In this document: positions 1 through 9,694 of the stretch, one piece after another
How the letters are laid out: each line of letters starts with the position of its first letter
Numbering within the stretch: the first letter of the stretch is position 1
The notes under the pieces: model-generated
What the model was told of the DNA's origin: nothing
Database searches by the model: none
The model's input: only the letters and a program-made list of their open reading frames with translations
Assembly: GCF_011386835.1 (NCBI RefSeq)
Contig: NC_088802.1
Coordinates: 9,238,001-9,302,000 of the forward strand
Reading direction: 5' to 3'
Length of the DNA: 64,000 bases
DNA from: Chrysemys picta bellii
Taxonomy: Eukaryota
Program-made: the position numbers and the translations under genes

Positions 1-340
1 GACACTGGAGGTGAGGGAGGAAGAGTTCAGTGGCACAGAACAGCGTGACCGTGTTTCTGTAGAGGTGTCATTCCCTAAGGTGTAAGTGAATCACGGACTG
101 ACAGGGGTTAGTAAGACATTTCTCAGCTGTCCATGAGGTGAGTGTTGACACGTCCCCTGAAGATGGGCCAGTGTTGTAGGGGGGCTGAAAGTACTCGTGT
201 GGGATCCAGCCTGGGGACTGGTACGTTCCTGTTAGATGTCTTTGTTCTGCGCTCCTGCCCAGCATGTGGAACGCACCCTGAGGTTGGGTCCCCCTTGACA
301 CCCTTTGATTGACTTCTCAACCTGGCACAGAAAAATATGT

Positions 341-511
341 TAATGACCTGCCTGGCCCCTCCATGGGCTTGTCAGCGTCATTGTGCCACAAACAGCAAGT
401 GTCTTTAATGAGACCCAGAGTCCCCTCTCGACGCATCAGCTGCAAGTGGGAGCCAACATGCTAACAATGCCCGTTGCGCTGCACCCCGATGCCTAATGAG
501 GTGCCCTGGGG
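341..511 (+). promoter_or_regulatory. Candidate OR promoter/enhancer, copy A: three TAATGA homeodomain sites plus an O/E (EBF)-like site
   Basis: TAATGA at 341, 406 (CTTTAATGA) and 494; CCCTGGGG at 504-511. Homeodomain plus O/E sites are the established signature of vertebrate OR promoters. Confidence 0.45.
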
Positions 512-759
512 CGACAGCACCCAGCCCCTGGGCCCTAGCTCCTCAGGGGCGGTCAGCACCAGGCAGCTCCCAGACCTTCGTCTGCTTCAGGGAGGTGCTG
601 GGTCTCTCTGCACGGAGCTGCCATGGAACTGATTGAGGTGACAAAGCGGAGAGTCCAGGCTCACCAGCTAAGGGCGGGGACAGAAAGGAGAGAGGCTTGA
701 CTGAGATCAGAGAAATGACCCATTGGGGCAAGTGTCCTGCCCTCTGCCTATGCCAGACA

Positions 760-870
760 GATCAATGGCCAGCGAGTCCAGTTACCCCATGTCTCCCTGC
801 CCTAGCTCACTGGCCAGCTAGTCCAGTACACCATACCCCCCTGCCCCAAATTACTGGCCAGCTAATCCTT
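760..870 (+). repeat. Imperfect ~44-bp tandem repeat (core agatcactggccagc), 3 units here
   Basis: Cores at ~760, 803 and 850; 5 units in cassette B (11680-11880) and 2 in cassette C (22915-22980). Confidence 0.7.
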
Positions 871-1050
871 TTCCTCCGCAAAGAATGAGGCCATTGGCCC
901 TTTTAGCCCCGTAGTCCACTCCCTCCACCCCCCGCCAAATTCACCAGCTCACAAACCCCTCCCCACAATAACAGATCATATTTCCTCTCCACTCCCTGCT
1001 GGAGAGCACTTGATGAAGGAATATGCAAATATTCTGCTCTCCCTTGCACA

Positions 1051-1130
1051 CATGGGGAAACTGAGGCTCAGCGCACAGATGATACTTCCCAAAGTTAGTG
1101 GCGGAAGTAGGAATAGAACTGAGTGCCCCT
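1051..1130 (+). mobile_element. MIR/CORE-SINE-like fragment
   Basis: atggggaaactgaggctcag core; similar fragments at ~12061, 23166, 36594, 37735, 42441 and on the minus strand at ~40610 and 47722. Confidence 0.6.
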
Positions 1131-1182
1131 CATTGCCAGTCCAGTGGCCAAACCACTAGGCCACGCTGCCTTGCAGAAGGAA

Positions 1183-1846
1183 GGAAATGTTTGTTGGACT
1201 CAGGCCCGGACTAGCCAATGTGTACTAGGTGCACTTTCATGGGGCCCCTGCAATTCCATGGACCAGGTCGCAACCCACCCCATGTCGCCTCTGTCACAAT
1301 GGAGGGTTTGGCGCGGGGTCGTGCGAGTGAGGGCTGGGTGGTGGGAGGGAGCGGATTTGAGTGGCCAGGGTCTGGACAAGCTGCCTTTCTTCCGGATGGG
1401 AGCCGACTGCTGAGCCAGGGATGTTCCGGTGTGTCCCCAGGAGGGGCCCGGTGGAGGTGGGTAAGGTGCTGAGAGTGAGTTTTGGGGTGAGTTGGGGAGG
1501 AAATGTTTATTGGACTCAGACCTGGACTAGCCAATGTGCACTAGCTGCACTTGCATGGGGCCCCTGCAATTCCATGCACCAGGTCGCAACATCACTCACT
1601 CAAATTTGGCCCGTCCAACCCACCCCGCGTCGCCTCTGTCACAATGGAGGGTTGGGCGCGGGGTCGTGCGAGTGAGGGCTGGGTGGTGGGAGGGAGCGGA
1701 GTCGGGTGGCCAAGGTCAGGACAAGTTGATTTCTTTCGGGATGGGAGCCGACTGCTGAGCCAGGGGGTGCGCTGGTGAGTGGCCAGGAAGGGCCCTGTGG
1801 AGGTGGGTAAGGTGCTGCTGGTGAGTTTTGGGGTGGGTTGGGGAGG
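1183..1846 (+). repeat. Local ~316-bp tandem duplication found only in cassette A
   Basis: ggaaatgttt(g/a)ttggactcag starts at 1183 and again at 1499; single copy in cassettes B (~12192) and C (~23298). Confidence 0.85.
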
Positions 1847-3199
1847 TGCGGGGGCAGGGCTGGGGGTGACGGGAATTCTGGGAGTTGGGATGAGTTGGGG
1901 AGAATGGGGGTGTTGGGGAGAAGGGGTTGGGGGCTGGGATTTTGCAGACTGTGCCCAGGGGCACTGAGGTGTGGGGGGCTGCGGCGAGCCGGGTGTATGT
2001 CAGGGCTGCCGGGATATGTGTGGGGAAGGAGGGGAGTTTGGAGGGTATGTCTGAGGGGAGGGATATGTGTTGGGTGGGATGGGAGGGACATCCGGGGGTC
2101 TGTGTGGGGTGGGGGCCTTTTGCTGTCTAGTTTATGGAAGGTGGGGGGACCCTCAAATTTCACAGTGCACAGAGCCCCTATAGTCTTTAATCCAGGCCTG
2201 CCTGGACTCCAACCCAAACAGCCCTTAGCTGAGTTTCAGCTTATTCTCACTTTCCCCGGACTCCACACACATATTCCTCTTCCACTGCTGGTAGTTTTCA
2301 CACACCTCTAAATGGTCCTCCAGGTTCCCATACATGTTAGCAAAGGGAATTCTGGGTTCCTGTGGTGCCTTGACCCCACCCACCCACTTCTGTGCCTGAT
2401 ATTAAGTCACCGAGTATTGCTCAGAACTAAAGATAACCCAGGAGTCCTGCCTCTCAGCTCCCTGCTCTAACTCACTCTGCTCCCAGAGGTGGGAAGAGAA
2501 CCCAGGTGTCCGGGGGGTCGCAGCTGTGACTTCCAGACGTCACTGCCGTGCACTAACCCCAGCATCCTGCCCTCAGCGCTAACTCGCTCTGAGAACTGTC
2601 TCAGCTCGATTCACCCCATGGGAAGGGACAATCCCTGCCCCATGGCTCTGTGGGCCACAGTGCTTGGGCTGGGGTCACAACGCCAGCGATGGGTCTGAGG
2701 GCTGGGAGACGAGACCTGGTGTCTAGGGGAGCCCTCGGAACAGATGGGGCTGTGACTAGAGCGGGGGTTGTGGCCCCAATCCTGGTGCAGTGCTCAGGGG
2801 CTGGGATCACTCCTCCCCAGGCCACTCTCCCCTAGACGGCGTTGCTGGAGCAGTCTTTCGACCAATTGGGTGTACGGGGCCCTAGGGCATCGCAAACCAC
2901 ACCAGCCCCTTGGGAGGCTTCAGGGAGTCACATCTCCCGCTCCCTTCCCTGCCTTCTCCCTCCCCTTCACCCACGGCCCCATGCACCCAGGGACAGCTAT
3001 CATGAGCTGCACAAGTAGGAGCCTCCCACAGTCACAGAGACACAGGGCCCTTCTCAGCTGTGCTTCGGAGCTGGGGCAGCCCAGGCGTCGTGTGACACCA
3101 GGGGTGGGGTAGGTCAGGGAGCAGGGACACATCCTGGGGATCCTACCTCCTTCCAGCCATCCACTGTACTTCTCCAGATCTCTCCAGCTCTCTGGGTCT

Positions 3200-3545
3200 C
3201 TCCCCAACTCACTGTCCTTCTGCTCATCTCTTTCTCTCCTTCTCTATCCTTCTATCCATCTACCTCTCTGTCCTCCAGCCTTCTATCCATCCATCTCTCT
3301 GCAGATCTCTCTGCTCTTCTATCCATCTCTTTATTGCTCCTTTTATCCATCCTTCTCTCTGTCTTTCTTTCTGTCCTAACAATTCACCTCTCTCTCCCTC
3401 TCTCTCTCATCCATCCACTCCTCTCTCGGACTCTCCCTCTCTTTTCGCATCTGTGCACATCTGGCATCCATCAGTCCATCCACACTCTCTCTCCATTCCT
3501 CTCCCTCTATCCATCTCTCTGTCTCCTCCCCATCTCTGGGATTTC
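3200..3545 (+). repeat. Pyrimidine-rich low-complexity tract (TCTC/TCTA/TCCA)
   Basis: Seen directly; homologous tracts at ~13640-13900 and ~25030-25340. Confidence 0.8.
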
Positions 3546-4027
3546 TTTCGATCTATCACTGTGGTCTCTGGGCTTCTAGGAGACCCTGCCAGCTGAGAGA
3601 CGCTCCCTCCCAGCCTGGGACAACCTGCCTCCAGGTACTTCACTCACACACCGAGCGGGCTTGGTTCCTGGGATGGGGGTGTTACCCTGTGACCATGCAA
3701 CACTGGCTCTGAGCGTCCAGTTTGCCACATTCCCTTCCTTTTGAGACCCACCCCAGGGCCCCAGCAGTGTGTGTGTGGGGTGCAACACTTGCAGCCTCTG
3801 GGCTTCCAGAGCCAGCTGTGGATGGCAGGGGGCAAACTTAGCTGGTCTCCCTGACCCCAGAGCATCCTTAGACATTCAGCTCCACAGCTCGGGGCTGCCT
3901 CGTCCCAGGGACTGGGGGCTCAGTGCAGGGGAGCAGGGACTCCAGACTCTGCCCTGGCATCGGAGCATCTGAGCCGCCCGGAGCTGCCCGGGCAGGAGGA
4001 ACCTGGGGAGAGCAGAGCCGGAGGTGA

Positions 4028-4033
4028 ATGGAG
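4028..4033 (+). CDS. Predicted first coding stub (Met-Glu) of OR copy A
   Basis: TGA ATG GAG|gtgagt: in-frame stop directly before the ATG and a consensus 5' splice site at 4034-4039; phase 0 matches the acceptor at 6564/6565. Confidence 0.65.
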
Positions 4034-4847
4034 GTGAGTCTGGGGTTTTTCCACCACTCGTTCATGCTTACTACTGGGGAGGGTCCAGGAGCTGGGGAGC
4101 ATGTGGGCTGGTTAGATTTCTTAGCTCTGTCCGATGGGTCTGATAAAACTTCCCTGCCTCCCAGGGGTGATGTGAGGAGAAACCCACTAGAGATTGTTAG
4201 GTGCTGAGATATTGTGGTGCTGGGGGGCAGACAAGTGTCATCGATTGGTAGATTTGATTAGGGTTGGAATCCAGGGTCCCTAACCCACAAACATGCAGGG
4301 ATAACTTTGCACAGGTGAGTAGTTAATCACCTGGGCGAGGGTCTGCAGGACGGTGTTTGTAAAGTGCCGTGTAAACCTGTTGTCCTGTGAGGGCCCTGAT
4401 CCTGCAAAGATCTACGCACGTGCTTAACATAAGCCCACGGGCAACCTCACTGTAAGTGGTTTGGGTAAAGGAGATTAGGGCCGGTAGGAAGCATGGGCCA
4501 CATTTACAAAGGGATTTAGGTGCCCGCAAGTGCAGATGAGTGCTAGGTGCCTAACTCCTATAGGGCCCAAAGGAGTTAGAAAATCTTTTGGAAAATCCCA
4601 CTTGTTGCCTATCTGCATATTTAGCCCAATATGAGTCCATAATCCCCCTGAATAGCAGTGGGATTTGGGTGCATCATTCCTTAAAGTTGCTTTGGAAGCC
4701 CCCGCTCTTACTGCTCGTAGGATCAGGGTCTACCTTATCATTAGTGGTACTGGGATTATTTTATTCTCGCCCTGAGTGTTTAGATCATGGTCCCTGTCAA
4801 TCGCAGAGAGAAGTACATAAACATAAGAAATTCACGTTAAAGTGGCA

Positions 4848-4990
4848 GTAGAATCCTAGAGGAGTAGGGCTTGAGGGTATCTCCAGAGGTCATCTGGGTC
4901 ATACCCCCACACTGAGGCAGGAATAAGATTACCTAGACCATACTTGACCAGTATTTGTCCAACCTCTTCTTAAAACCCTCCCAGAATGGC
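4848..4990 (-). mobile_element. CR1 LINE 3' end fragment
   Basis: agaatcctagaggagtagggcttgagggtatctccagaggtcatct resembles a reverse-strand CR1 3' UTR; a further CR1-like piece resumes at ~5995-6120. Confidence 0.65.
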
Positions 4991-4991
4991 A

Positions 4992-5949
4992 TGGCATTCC
5001 GGGCTGCAATCCAGACTAATGAGGGGTTGGGTCACCCCTGCCCTGCTACCTTGGCTGCCTCACAATCTTTTGTTGTTGTAGCTTCCAACCTGGGTCGCTC
5101 ACAAGCAGCCTGACAGCATTCAGATCACACCCTGAGTGTCTGTGTATAGCCACAGCCCTGACCCCAGCAGCCTGTCTGCAAACACTGCTAACTGTTCTCT
5201 GGCTTCCTGCAGCCTTGGTTACCACTTGCAGGATGACCACAAGAAATTCCCAGGTCCAAATTCCCGCCGAAGACTTTGGTTCTGCACTGCCCGGCCCCTT
5301 CCTGGACAGCTCAGATATTGTAGGTCCTTTGCCTCTCTAAGGAGATCAATATCCAACAGTTTGCTACTTTAAATGGAGTTACGCCCACAATTCAGTTTAA
5401 ATGCAGTTTGGATTATGGACTAAAACATGTTTAACTATGAAGAGACAGGTTTCAAGTGAGTAAAAGTATAAGACATACAAGTCAGAAATGGTTACAGGAG
5501 AAGTAAAGGGAAAACACTTCCTAGTACTAAAATTAACAAACTAGATTTGGCTCAAGGTGAATTCCCTTTCACATGTTCCCAGTAACATTGCTGAGCCAAT
5601 TCTCAGAACAAGATCTGCTCCCAAAGTCCAAACATTGTTTCTTTTGTCTTCTTAGGGGAAAGAGAGCGAGAGATGGATAGGGAGAGATCCCTTGGGGTTT
5701 TTCTCCCCCTCACTTTTATAGTCCAGTCACCCTTTGATATGCATTTTCTTGAGGGTTCTGCCTAGCTAAAGTTCATTCCTGCTGCAAGGGCGGAGACAAA
5801 GAGTCTAATGGTGAAGTAGATGCCATGCTGTTGTTTGCTTCAATGCAGATCGGGTTGTTCCTGCTCCACTTCCTTGCCAAAGACTGGCCACTTGATAAGT
5901 CATTGCCCATCGCCTTTGATGATACCTGGCCAGACTCCTTTGTGTTTAA
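4992..5949. mobile_element. ~1 kb interspersed element (LTR-like) interrupting the CR1 fragment
   Basis: Splits two CR1 pieces and is present in all three cassettes (15702-16669; 26537-27490). Class assignment comes from recalled similarity only. Confidence 0.4.
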
Positions 5950-5994
5950 GAAACTGATTTACCCAGACTTGTCTGGTAAATGTATTTCCGACCT

Positions 5995-6120
5995 AATGGA
6001 CATGGAGAACAATTGATCACCATCCTCTTTATGACAAATTTTCACATAGTTGAAGACTGTTACCAGGTTCCCCTTCAGCCTTCTCTCCTCTAGACTAACC
6101 ATACCCAGTTCTTTCACCCA
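5995..6120 (-). mobile_element. CR1 LINE fragment
   Basis: ggacatggagaacaattgatcaccatcctcttta...cagccttctctcctctagactaa is typical reverse-strand CR1 ORF2 end sequence. Confidence 0.6.
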
Positions 6121-6564
6121 TAAGAGGGGCAGAGGACAGTTAGCGCTGCAAATTTGGGATCATAGTTAGGAGCCCCAGTTGCGACCAGGATTTGTACAAA
6201 TACAGAATAAAAGGAACAAAACAAAACAGCCTCTGTCCCAAAGACCTTATAATCTAAGCATCCATTTATCTGTCACATCCTATTGCTCCCACCAACTGCC
6301 ACAATCCAGTTTTCTAGGACACTTTAATTCCCTTATGTATGGATCCTCCTTTGTCACTAAGTGTCACAGAACCACTTTTCTGCGACAAAGCATTTCCCTG
6401 GCAGAAGGATCCTACCTGCCACCCAACTGGCCCAGATTTTCGATGACAAAGTCACAAGCAGGCGTGGTTCATTCAGAGCAAATGGGGCTGCCCTTGAATG
6501 TGTCTCCTTTGTGTATGGCTGTTGGGGCTCCTTTCATCCTTATCTTTGTCCCTTCTCGCTGCAG

Positions 6565-7509
6565 GAGGAAAGAGGGAACGGGAGCTCTCGGTGGGAGTTC
6601 ATCCTAATGGGGATCTCTGACCAACCACACCTGGAGATGCTGCTTTTTGTGGTCTTCCTGGTCTTGTACGTCCTGAACCTGGTGGGGAACCTGGCCATCA
6701 TTGTGGTCTTGTGGCTGGAACCCTGTCTCCACACCCCTATGTATTTCTTCCTCAGCAACCTCTCTTTCCTGGACCTTTGCTACACCACCAGCACCGTTCC
6801 TCAGATGCTGGTGAACATGTGCAGCACCCACAAGTCCATCACCTGGGCCGGTTGCGTGGCCCAGCTCTACGTCTCCCTCTCGCTGGGCTGCACCGAGTGC
6901 CTCCTGCTGGCCGTCATGGCCTACGACCGCTACGCCGCCATCTGCCAGCCACTGCGCTACACAATTGTCATGAGCCGCCGCCTCTGCATGCAGATGGCGG
7001 CCACTGTCTGGTTGAGCGGCTTCAGCAACTCCATGCTGCAGACCATCCTGACCGTGCGGCTGCCCCGGTGTGGGCGGAACCGGGTCAACCACTTCTTCTG
7101 CGAGATGCCGGCCCTGCTCAAACTGGCCTGTGTCGACACCTCCAGTACCGAGGCCGAGGCTTTTGCTGTCAGTGTGATCTTCCTGCTGGTGCCGCTGGGC
7201 CTCATCCTGGTCTCCTACAGCTACATCGTCATCGCCGTGCTGAGGATTCGCTCGGCCCAGGGCAGGCTCAAGGCCTTCAACACCTGCGCCTCCCACCTGG
7301 CCGTGGTGTCGCTCTTCTATGGCACGGCCATTTTCACGTATCTACAGCCTCCATCCAGCTACTCCCAGGACCGGAGCAACATGGTCTCCCTCTTCTATGG
7401 CGTCATCGCCCCCATGCTGAACTCGCTGATCTACACGCTGAGGAACAAGGATGTGCACGGGGCCCTAAGGAGGGTGCTGGGGAGGCTATTCGGGAATAAG
7501 AGGACATGA
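6565..7509 (+). CDS. Olfactory receptor, class II, family-2-like, copy A main exon (314 aa; 316 aa with the spliced Met-Glu)
   Basis: Motifs GN (TM1), LHTPMYFFLSNLS, MAYDRYAAIC, FFCEMP, KAFNTCASHL, PMLNSLIYTLRN; NGS sequon; polypyrimidine tract plus cag acceptor ending at 6564. Confidence 0.93.
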   Translation, partial: EERGNGSSRWEFILMGISDQPHLEMLLFVVFLVLYVLNLVGNLAIIVVLWLEPCLHTPMYFFLSNLSFLDLCYTTSTVPQMLVNMCSTHKSITWAGCVAQLYVSLSLGCTECLLLAVMAYDRYAAICQPLRYTIVMSRRLCMQMAATVWLSGFSNSMLQTILTVRLPRCGRNRVNHFFCEMPALLKLACVDTSSTEAEAFAVSVIFLLVPLGLILVSYSYIVIAVLRIRSAQGRLKAFNTCASHLAVVSLFYGTAIFTYLQPPSSYSQDRSNMVSLFYGVIAPMLNSLIYTLRNKDVHGALRRVLGRLFGNKRT

Positions 7510-8994
7510 GCCAGAGAAATGAGTCGGGACTGGCTGACTTGGTTCTCTATGGGGCAGCAGCTCCGATCCAGCCTCAGGCCAGGGGGACTGGCAATGGACG
7601 ATGGAGCCTTTCCCATCTAGGAGGCCTGCATTTTAAGGTCTCTGTTCATGTCTGCACATGGCGCTGGGGCTGGGAAACCAGAGGTCACTCACCAGGAGCC
7701 CCAGAAGGCAGAAGAGCATGTAAAGGCCTGGTGGGCAGCGTTGGGCACCTGGCTCTGAATGGAAGAGTGGGAGCGACGTGGGCATTTGAGAGTCATCTCT
7801 CTGCACCAGATCCAGCCAGCACAGACCACATCCCTGCCCCCCCAATATAAAATACCTCAGATTCTCTCTTATTGAATATTGATCTAACCCCCCCACCCAC
7901 CAATGTTACCCCTTTTCTATTTAATTCTCTGGTATGGATCGTCTGGGAGCTTCTTCCCCCTTCTCAAGTTAAACTGCAGCTACTTCGGCATTTGGAGGGA
8001 AACAGCTGGCACCGATCATTGCTCCAAATTGTGGATGGGATCAATGAAGGTGTTAAACTCATTAGAATGAACTTTCCCCTCAGATTTTGCCTCTTTTCTC
8101 TTTAATGACCAAATATTGATCTAAAATCTCCTCAGATTTTGCCTTTTTTTCTCTAATTACCAAATATTGATCTAAAATCCCCTGATATTTTCTCTTTATT
8201 GACTATCGATAGAAATTTCCCTCCATTTTCCGACTCCTCAAGTCAGGCACTGTTCCTGCTAAATTATGGAATATTGATCTACAATCCCCCCAGATTTGGC
8301 CATTTTTCTCTTTAATTGCTGAATATGGGGAAATAAACTCTCTCACTTTGGGGTCTTTCCCCCCCCCTCCCATTTTAAATTGCCGCCACATCTGTTTTTG
8401 GAGGGAACCAGCTGACTTGAGTTCTCGTCCCACATGCTGGATGAAGAAAAGGAGGATGTTAGATGTGGGGGTTCCCCCCTCCATTTTATGCTGCATGAAA
8501 TTCTCCTGGTCTTGGGAAGAAGTGATTAGGCCAAATCTTTACCCCATGGGGTGAATGACTGCGGGAAGGAGGTTAAACATCTCAATGAACAACTTTCCCC
8601 TTGTGTAGGAGAATCAAATTCTTTTCTCTTGTGGAAATCAAAACCAGTGTGTTTGCTGATTCGAGTGACTTGTGCAATTCTGAACATACATCGAGGCTAG
8701 AAACCTTCACCCCTCCAGCTGGTAATTGACCTGACAGAGGCTGTCCATCACAGTTGGCCACACGAACGCTATCTCTGAGCTGTCCATCTTCAGCTTCCGC
8801 CCACTCCCAGTTGCCACGAAATCTTCATATTCAGGGTCCAGCCTCCCCTCCCGTCTCTCCTGCTAAAGCGGAAAACCCAAAGGGACTGTGGAGTTGTAGT
8901 GTGGGCAGCAATGCGTCTTGGGAAAGGGGGCATAGATATGAAAGAGCTGCGTCCTTCTCAGCAAGACAGAGACCAGGGAAGCGATGAGATTAAG

Positions 8995-9115
8995 TCCTGG
9001 TCTATCATGGAGGATAGGTCCATCAATCGCTATTAGCCAAGATGGCCAGGAACGCAACCCCAACCATGCTTTGAGCGTCCCTAGCCTTTGATTGTCAGAA
9101 GCTGGGAGTGAACAA
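8995..9115 (+). mobile_element. CR1 3' UTR fragment, truncated in cassette A
   Basis: tctatcatggaggataggtccatcaatcgctattagccaagatggcc; continues to the ttcttatg tail only in cassettes B and C. Confidence 0.55.
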
Positions 9116-9694
9116 CAGAGAATGGGAGTCTGGGTGGATCCCTGGCTCTAGGCAAAAAAAAATATTTTGTTTGTATGTAATTAATTATAAAGCAATGAAT
9201 GATAATAAAATAATGACTGCAATCAAACAATGATGACCATAAAATAAAATAAAACATCCATGGTCAGGCAGACTGAGCGAGACAGCGCCACGAGGCGCTA
9301 GCGGAGCCACAAAGGGGCAGCTGGGCATGGAACCATCTTTGCATCCCTTGGGATCTGTAGCATCTTCCGTGCCCACATGGACCTTTCTGCTCTCTGCCCA
9401 CTTCCACCTTTCCCAACTCTCCTGCCTTCTCCCACCCCAAAGAAACAACCTGCCCTCCCCAATCCATACAAGTCCCCTGCCCTCCTCCAACCCCACACGT
9501 ATCCCAGCAGCCCTGACATACACATGGCTCGCCGCAGCCCCCAACACCTCAGTCCCCCTGGGCTAGATAGATAGAGAGATAGTATTAGGATTTAGACAGA
9601 TAGGTAGTGACTTCGTTTATTTTTAAGTTTGGAAAGTGCCCAGTTTTCTGCCCAGCACAGACACCTAAATGGAACAGAAGGCTAAGATATAGAC

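Larger units (their letters stand above)
1..9325 (+). repeat. Tandem segmental duplication unit A (5' end outside the window), carries OR copy A
   Basis: Collinear with 10970-20130 and 22160-31750; the window start gacactggaggtgagggagg recurs at ~10970 and ~22160. Similarity to the other copies stops at ggggcagctggg (~9325). Confidence 0.9.

Noticed and set aside
1639-2311. Pro-rich and Gly-rich ORFs on both strands (also 23395-24109)
   Set aside because: G/C strand-skewed low-complexity sequence; frames are not preserved between cassettes and the region is largely deleted in copy B.
6361-6564. 50-68 aa N-terminal extensions of the OR ORFs in the track
   Set aside because: They start at GTG or TTG, differ between copies, and run through a polypyrimidine tract and acceptor; best read as intron.
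6604-7499. Alternative-frame and antisense ORFs over the OR exons (also 17285-17977 and 28159-28760)
   Set aside because: By-products of GC-rich OR codon usage; they differ in length between copies.
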